Positions 57,701 to 64,000 of a stretch of DNA of 64,000 nucleotides are shown one piece after another. A program made the position numbers and the translations under genes. Below the pieces are notes generated by a model. That model saw only the letters and a list, made by a program, of their open reading frames with translations. It had not been told where the DNA came from and did not search any database. The DNA comes from Hydrolagus colliei (taxonomy: Eukaryota). The stretch spans positions 128,588,001-128,652,000 of the forward strand of contig CM068743.1 of the NCBI GenBank assembly GCA_035084275.1, written 5' to 3'. How positions within the stretch are numbered: position 1 is the stretch's first letter; every line of letters begins with the position of its first letter.

Positions 57701-60700
57701 CTACAACACAACCAAGTTGATGCTGTTGGGGAGAGAGACTCGTATTCCTGAAATGATACTGAATCTCTGCATCGGAGGTTTGCTGGTAGCTATAACTGAG
57801 ATTTCTGAAGTAGGGCAAAGGGTGTTGTTGTGCATGTCAGACTCAGGGCTAACAAGATAAACCACACACAATTTATCAGGTGTGGTGACAACAACAACTT
57901 TGATGTAAATAGCGCCCTCCACGCCGGACGGCATCTCAGAGCGCTTAACGTGACACGCATGATAATCATCACTGGTAAACACAATCTAGCCAGTTTCTAA
58001 CTAAAGACCATAAGGCAAACCATGCAGCGCTCCCCTCCCCTCGTACTGCATTGGGAGTATCAACATCCCCATCTTGGGACTCCGAGCCGAGAGTACTACC
58101 AACTCAGCCGAGCTCACGCCACAGAGACGGTGATTGAGCTTACAGGTGCCGCTGTGAATTATTTTGTTATCACCATGTTTTGCAGAAGAAATATATAAGT
58201 AACTTACCACATCGCCGAGCAATCAAAAGTCACACAGAGCCACTTGTGAGGGTTGAAGTTGAAAGTATCTGCAAACTGATTCACAAAACCAACAAAAAAT
58301 ATTATCTAGAGTCACGTTCAACATTGCTTTATATCTGCACTTTCACCAACTACTCATACTTGTCCCTTTAATACTTATCCAAAAAAGATTCACGGTAACT
58401 TTCATTAATTTGAATAATTGAAATGACTGTATAGGAACCAGTCTACCTCTCTATGGCTACGAGGTTCTCACTCACCTGACCACTAAACACACAGTCACTG
58501 CATTTTTCAGTATATTCTGTGAGGTGCTTTAAGACCTCTTGACATGAAAAGATGCTACATCAAATGCTTGTTTAGCAAAGCATTTTTTTGTTTCAATAAC
58601 CCCAAATCACATTTGACTTTTTATGATTTATGTATCTGCATCCCTAGATCGCTGCTCCTTAATGGCATCAAGATCTTTATTTACCAGTTAGAATTTAGTT
58701 GTATTGGATTGGATAACCACTTGTTTTTCTGTGGGGTGTTTTATCGGGTTGAATCCAAAAATCAGAAGCCCTAACAATAATTTAAGTTCAACCAGCTCTA
58801 GCTGCTGTCCGAGTCAGTTACACTGATATTTTTCACTGAACAAATGACATTTTATACTTGAACTACTTCAGCATTCCCATCAACAACAACTAGCATTTAT
58901 ATAGCAACGCCCTTCATGCCGTGAAGGGTGTTTCTATATAAATGCTACATTAAAGACTGCGCTACATAAGTGTCATTGTTTTGTTATAGTGGTGGAGCTT
59001 GACACTGAGCCAGGGAATGGATAAGTATTAAAGGGACAAGTATGACTGTTGGCATGGTTGTATCATCAGACAGCCAATGTCAGCAAAATCACACTTGGGT
59101 CCATTCCTTTTTTGCAAACAAGTTGTTTATTTGCTACAAAGCAAAACCTCAGTTTATCACCCAAAAGGAGTCTGAATTGCCTCTTCGTATCTAATGTACA
59201 TTGGAAGCCACAAGGGAATTAAAGCATTTGGGGTTTGAAGTCCATTGAATGTTGATGAATCGTTGCTATGCTGACACATGCACCACTTGTCAAGATTAAT
59301 TTCCTCAATAGCTGATAAATGTTGTACTAGATTTAATTTATCTATTGACAATGTTTCCACAATCTCCTGAATGTCTGCTTTTTATGTGACCTTTTACCAG
59401 CATGGCACAATGATTGTTGATAAGGATAGTGTTTCTCTCTTGATTGACAAATTAGTTCTTCCTTATTATTCAACCCTGAGGGCTTGAACAAAGAATCACT
59501 AGCAGCATGACACAGTGACTCAAAGCCAATGTAAGTAATATGGATCTTTCCATGGCAATACCCGAATGATGTAGTCCCTACTATTTTTCTGATTTAAAGG
59601 TTAGGATATCTTGGCATTCATCACTGTTCCTTCCAATGTAACTTCTGATGACAAATGCTTTTTATTTTAACTTTAACCTCATTCGTTACCTCAGCTGAAC
59701 AATAATCACTGCAAAAGGACTACAGTTGAAACAAAAGTGGATTTAGTTTCAGGTGGAGGCAGGTAGTGTAGCCAAGTTTCGAAAAGGAATAGGACAACAT
59801 TGTCATGGTAATGTGTGGATAGGGAGAGATATAATTATTAATAATAACAACAATCCTTGCATCTGATATAATGCTTTATGTTGCCATTAAAACATCTCAA
59901 AAGCACACAGAATTTAACTGTAAAGTGTAGACTGTATTTGTAGAAACATATTTGAAAATGTCTCCAGACAGTAGTGTTTCTTCTAATATTGCATTATTCC
60001 TCAATTTCTCAGTTCCTACAACTAAAAAATAAATAATTATAATATACAGTCATTGGTATACTGTAGTACCTTTCATGTAGGAAAGACATCCAGAAGCACT
60101 TTCCCTAGATACACTATACAGTGAAGTGACTATTTTACAGATGAGTGTGCAGCCAACATGCAGGCTGTAATGTCCCATAAACTTTATGGAACATTATTGA
60201 GGCGTTGCCAAGACATGAAAAGCACTATATCAAATGCAAGGATTATTATTATTGTTATACAGCCAAGAAAGTGAAATCCCTTTGAGTTTTATCAACAAAA
60301 GACAGACCTGGGGGTTCCTTTGAGGGAGGCAGGAAAAGTTGATATGGGATCCTTGGCTTTATTACCAGTCATTGAGTACAAAGGCAAGGAAGTTCTGCCA
60401 AACCTCACAAATGCCTTGGAGAGGGTTCAGAGCACATTTCCCAGAGTGGTACCAGGGATGAGGGACTTCAGTGAAAGACACAATACAAATGTAATTTTGT
60501 GGTTGTTATGTGGAGATACTGGAGAAGTTGGGATTGTTCTCCTTCAAGCGGATTTGTAATGCAAGTGTTCAACATTACGAGCAGTTTTGATTGGAATAGA
60601 TCGGCAGAAACTGTTTCCACTAGCAGGTGGGTCTATAACCAGAGGACATGGATTCAAGATAATTGGCAAAAGAACCAGATGGAAGATGGGGAGAATAAAT

Positions 60701-62756
60701 AATTTTAATATAAATCACCACGTAATTGCTGGCTATGGCTACAAACAGCTGTTTAACAAATAAATCTATTAAGGCTAAGAGAGACATCATGCATGTCTTC
60801 TGTTTTACTTTTGTACCAGCAAAATTAATCAAAATGGTTGTTTACTGTTTTTATCCATTTGCTCCATTGCAATGCTATTTAAATTTGTGCTTGTCCTTTA
60901 TGGCCTCTATACCGCGCCTAAGATTTCCCAAGATATCAATGTTCGCCTCGCTCAAGAACATCGTGATGGGTGAGGATTCAATTCCTTACCCCATCCATTT
61001 TATTAAAGGGATTTGTGTTCCTTACCTCCACACCATTTAATAAAGGTCTGAATTCTGGGCAGATAAAAGCACTTCCTGCATAAGCAGCATCGATGTGCAT
61101 CCAGACTTCTTCAGAATTACCTGGAATATCAGAAAGAGAGAGTCAGTGGTAAAATATTGTTTGATCTTTCCACAGTGAAGAGCTTCCCCTTTTGGGGGGG
61201 AAAAGGAAAACATTTACAAAACTGTAATGACACTGCATTTATTGAGTGTGTTTTGCCCATTAGACAATCCGTTCACTTTACAGTATATTCTGGTTGTTGG
61301 TTATTGTTGTTTTTATTGTTAATATTATTGCTTTTGTTGTTGATTTTGTTGTTGTTTGATTCCCCCCCCCCACCCCCCTTCCTCATCTTCCCTCACTCCC
61401 TTTCCCCACTTTCTCTCCCCCCTTTTCCCATTCCCCCCCTTCCCTCCTCTTCCTCCCTGATCTTGTCTCCCACCCACCTTTCCCTCCCTCTCCCCCCTTA
61501 CCCCACTTTCTCCCCCCTCTTCCTCCCTGACCTTGCTCTATACCACCTTTCCCTCCTTCTCCCGAGACCCTTACCCACTTTTCCCCCTTTCTCCCCCGGC
61601 CCCATTTCCGCGACTGTTTTGGGGACACTGCTGTGCGCAATTTATCTGCCGCATTTCACCCACAAATATACAGTCGGTTTTCCTGCTCTCCTTCCCCTTG
61701 CCCCGACTCCTCCCCTTGCCATCTTTTTTCCCCATATCCCATTTCCATGACTGTTTGTGGGACACTGCTGTGCGCAATTTGGCTGCCGCGTTTCGCCCAC
61801 AAATATACAGTCAATTTTCCTACTCTTCTTCATCCTACCCTGACCCCTCCCCCCCTGCTCTTGTCCCTATCTGACTGTACAGCGCCTTGGGATGTCCTCT
61901 CGACGTGAACGGCGCTATATAAATGTAAGTGTTGAGTGATTGATTATGTGAAGCGCTTTGAAATGACTGAAAGACAGGATAAGGCGCTATATCAAATGTA
62001 AATATTATTATGACACAAATCTAAATGGTCTAAACTCACACTGAGTTAGGTCCAATTGATTTTGGCCACTGTTTCCTGAATGAGCTGAGAGTTTCAGTCC
62101 ACCGCTAATTGAGAATTCAACTTGGCTCCCAGCTTGGTTTCATCACTCAACGTTGCTAACGCTCAGCTCACTGGACTCTCCAGCTCTTCCCTACACCAAC
62201 TGCAGACTGTCCAGGACTCTGCAGCCTGTGTCTCTGTGAGCTGATCCACCATCCTCCTGGCTTCATTGGCTCCCTATTGCTCACATTCAGTTACAAATCC
62301 TCATTCTCACCTTGAAATTCCTCTAAGGTCTTGTCCCACCCTACCTCAGCGACCTCCTTAAACCCTACCAACCCAACTGTTTCCTTAGCTCAGCAAGCAT
62401 TGTATGCCCCACCCTAACCGCTTTACCATTGGTGGTGAGGTTTCCAGTCGTTCTGCCCAGTCTCTCTGAAAGCCCCTCTGACTCACTCACTCTCTCCCCT
62501 TCATCAAGCCACGGCTCAAAACATGTATATAGTCCACCCCCCTCGGGTTCAATCCCGGCTTGGATACCCACGCAGCACCCAACATGCTTTGGAAAGTCCT
62601 CTAATAGCAACAGGGGCTATATAAATGTAAATTATATAGTACAGTATAATGTGATTTGAATCAAATGAGGATTTAAATAAAATTCTTACAGATGGGTCCC
62701 AGCTCCAAAATTGAATCAAATGAACAGGAACCGGTGGTGCCCAGTGTCGCACAGCA
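51580..62756 (-). CDS. DDC: Aromatic-L-amino-acid (DOPA) decarboxylase, 3' half; 8 coding exons, 242 aa, 5' exons lie beyond the window
   Basis: Exons of 67/95/68/77/20/99/102/201 nt join in frame. Motifs: [15 protein letters not shown] (PLP lysine), DPLYLKH loop Tyr, [11 protein letters not shown]. Ends at DDC length with no HDC-type C-terminal extension. Confidence 0.92.
52334..53736. mobile_element. Tc1/pogo MITE containing an L2 (about 52677-53718) that itself contains a second L2 (about 53135-53648)
   Basis: TA|CAGGTAGACCCCG...CGGGGTCTACCTG|TA; two consecutive L2 tails. Confidence 0.88.
54610..54711 (-). CDS. DDC: DDC exon ([34 protein letters not shown])
   Basis: tttttgcag acceptor; AAG|GTACAT donor. 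Confidence 0.96.
54953..55051 (-). CDS. DDC: DDC exon ([33 protein letters not shown])
   Basis: atccag acceptor; AAG|GTAAAG donor. Confidence 0.96.
55170..55525 (-). mobile_element. tRNA-derived SINE
   Basis: Reverse tail, core and head. Confidence 0.82.
55944..55963 (-). CDS. DDC: DDC 20-nt microexon (GLVTDYR)
   Basis: ttttcag|GACTTGTCACTGATTATAGG|GTGAGT; needed to keep the frame between flanking exons. Confidence 0.94.
57180..57256 (-). CDS. DDC: DDC exon, catalytic loop ([25 protein letters not shown])
   Basis: atttag acceptor; G|GTATTT donor; 77 nt. Confidence 0.95.
58208..58275 (-). CDS. DDC: DDC exon with PLP-binding Lys ([23 protein letters not shown])
   Basis: atcag acceptor; TG|GTAAGT donor; 68 nt. 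Confidence 0.96.
60290..60700 (+). mobile_element. Degenerate CR1 LINE fragment
   Basis: IEYKGKEV...[19 protein letters not shown]; aaccagaggacatggattcaagata. Confidence 0.75.
61026..61120 (-). CDS. DDC: DDC exon ([32 protein letters not shown])
   Basis: ttccag acceptor; GAG|GTAAGG donor; 95 nt. Confidence 0.96.
61292..61946 (+). mobile_element. Composite retroposon (TTG tract, pyrimidine tract, duplicated SINE core, L2-type tail) inserted in a SINE tail
   Basis: Host ...cagtatattctg | tgaagcgctttg... is split; core gggacactgctgtgcgcaattt occurs twice. Confidence 0.7.
62130..62635 (+). mobile_element. Old L2 3' fragment
   Basis: cttcattggctccct...atcctcattctcacc...; degenerate tail. Confidence 0.65.
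62690..62756 (-). CDS. DDC: DDC exon ([22 protein letters not shown])
   Basis: minus strand ccacag acceptor; T|GTAAGA donor; 67 nt. Confidence 0.94.
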
Positions 62757-64000
62757 CTGTGGATAGAAAGGGTAAAGGTGGTCAATGAAAGGAGAGAGGA
62801 AGATACAGCCAAACAGAACATTAGCCCTTGGGTTGCAGAATTCGCTCTCCGCCAGTTACTTCAGGATTCCTAGTTAGAATGCAAATTACTTTATAGTGAA
62901 TCCCTGGGAACCGCTGCTTTTTGATTGCATTGATATTTCCAGGGTGTTTAAAGCTGTAATAGGAAAATGAGAGGTGATTAAAACAGAAGGGGGTAAATTC
63001 CACATGGTCTGCAGGACAAGTTAAAGGAAGTGTATGTATGTCTATTGTTTTTACACAATACCGAATGACTTGCACGACAATTGTCAGGAAAGCCTCAAAC
63101 TCCATTGGCGACAAGTGAGTACTGGAAGTGAACATGTTCAGATATAGATATAATCTCCCACTATTGCCAATTTCAATCTTACTTCCCCTAAGGTGATTAG
63201 AGAAGCCAAGGTGAATGACAATGGCATTGAAACAAAAACAGGTGTGAACTTTTCATTGCAACAGAGCAGTCCCATACAAAATCCCCTGTATAATTGAGCT
63301 CATCTCCAATGTAGACTCTGATGACATGATCCAGACAGATGAGTAGGATGATCCCCCCGATCAGCACATTTGTCTGCACTGTCTAATGATGTAGACACTC
63401 GCTTAAAACGTCCTCATTGCCTCCCGAGAGGTCTTTTGGTGCAACAACAACAACGTTACATTAGTAATAGCACCTTTCACGTTGGAAGGATATGAAAGGC
63501 ATGCGCCAGAGGAAGGTAAGGGGTACTTGAGGGAACAGAGGGCGATAGGGATCCTCTATCATCCCCATAGGTATTAAACAAAAGTTGAGACAACACATCA
63601 GTCATTTCAACAACATACCAACCTCACCCCAGAAATCCTTGGGGAGCTTGGAAATATCTCAATCTTGAGTTAGCCAAACTGGAAGGGAATTGGTAAACCT
63701 GCTCAAGATCAGTCATCTGCACAAACAAACTGTGGGCACACAACAGGCAAGCCAATCTTTTACCACTGATTTGGTCAACTTTGGATCTCACAGGGAAAAG
63801 AAAATTGAGAAAATTACTAACAACTAACCAATACATTGAAAAACACCCATTTTCCCCCCCTTAATCAAAGATGCTTCAAGTTAAAACTAATTCTTAACCT
63901 GTTGTTTTTACATTGAATGTGTAAAACTATGGTATAGCCTGCTGAAATTGTGTTTCTTTTTCTTTAAATTCCACTGATATGTGCACAGTTCCCATTTCTG

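Noticed and set aside
51580-62756. Histidine decarboxylase identity
   Set aside because: Gly rather than Ser in IPLGRR, no long C-terminal extension, DDC-like exon sizes and GRB10 synteny.
63197-63379. Next upstream DDC exon (minus ORF containing LIGG)
   Set aside because: It lacks HSSVER and GLIPF and has no matching splice sites; the exon probably lies beyond 64000.

Overview
Vertebrate genomic DNA, not prokaryotic. The repeat content (L2 LINEs with (TTG)n tails, tRNA-headed SINEs with a Deu-like core, CR1 tails) suggests a cartilaginous fish, possibly a holocephalan; this is inference. Two spliced genes point at each other. GRB10 (+) has 14 coding exons from 8473 to the TGA at 43867; its further 5' exons were not securely found. 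The 3' half of an aromatic-L-amino-acid decarboxylase (DDC, -) has 8 coding exons from 62756 down to the TAG at 51580. All junctions are GT-AG and the frames are continuous. Introns are full of L2, CR1, SINEs, Tc1/pogo MITEs and hAT MITEs, often nested. Most notable observations: (1) the DDC is convergent to GRB10, unlike the tandem arrangement in mammals, and carries HWGIPL and GTTGSC motifs resembling invertebrate tyrosine decarboxylases; (2) a hAT MITE family carries ZNF143/THAP11-, YY1- and NRF1-like motifs plus a variable G-rich minisatellite; (3) three separate short, locally templated inverted insertions; (4) a candidate internal GRB10 promoter and first exon near a CCAAT minisatellite; (5) a duplicated in-frame DDC splice donor. 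Coordinates were counted by eye; repeat boundaries are approximate unless a TSD is given.
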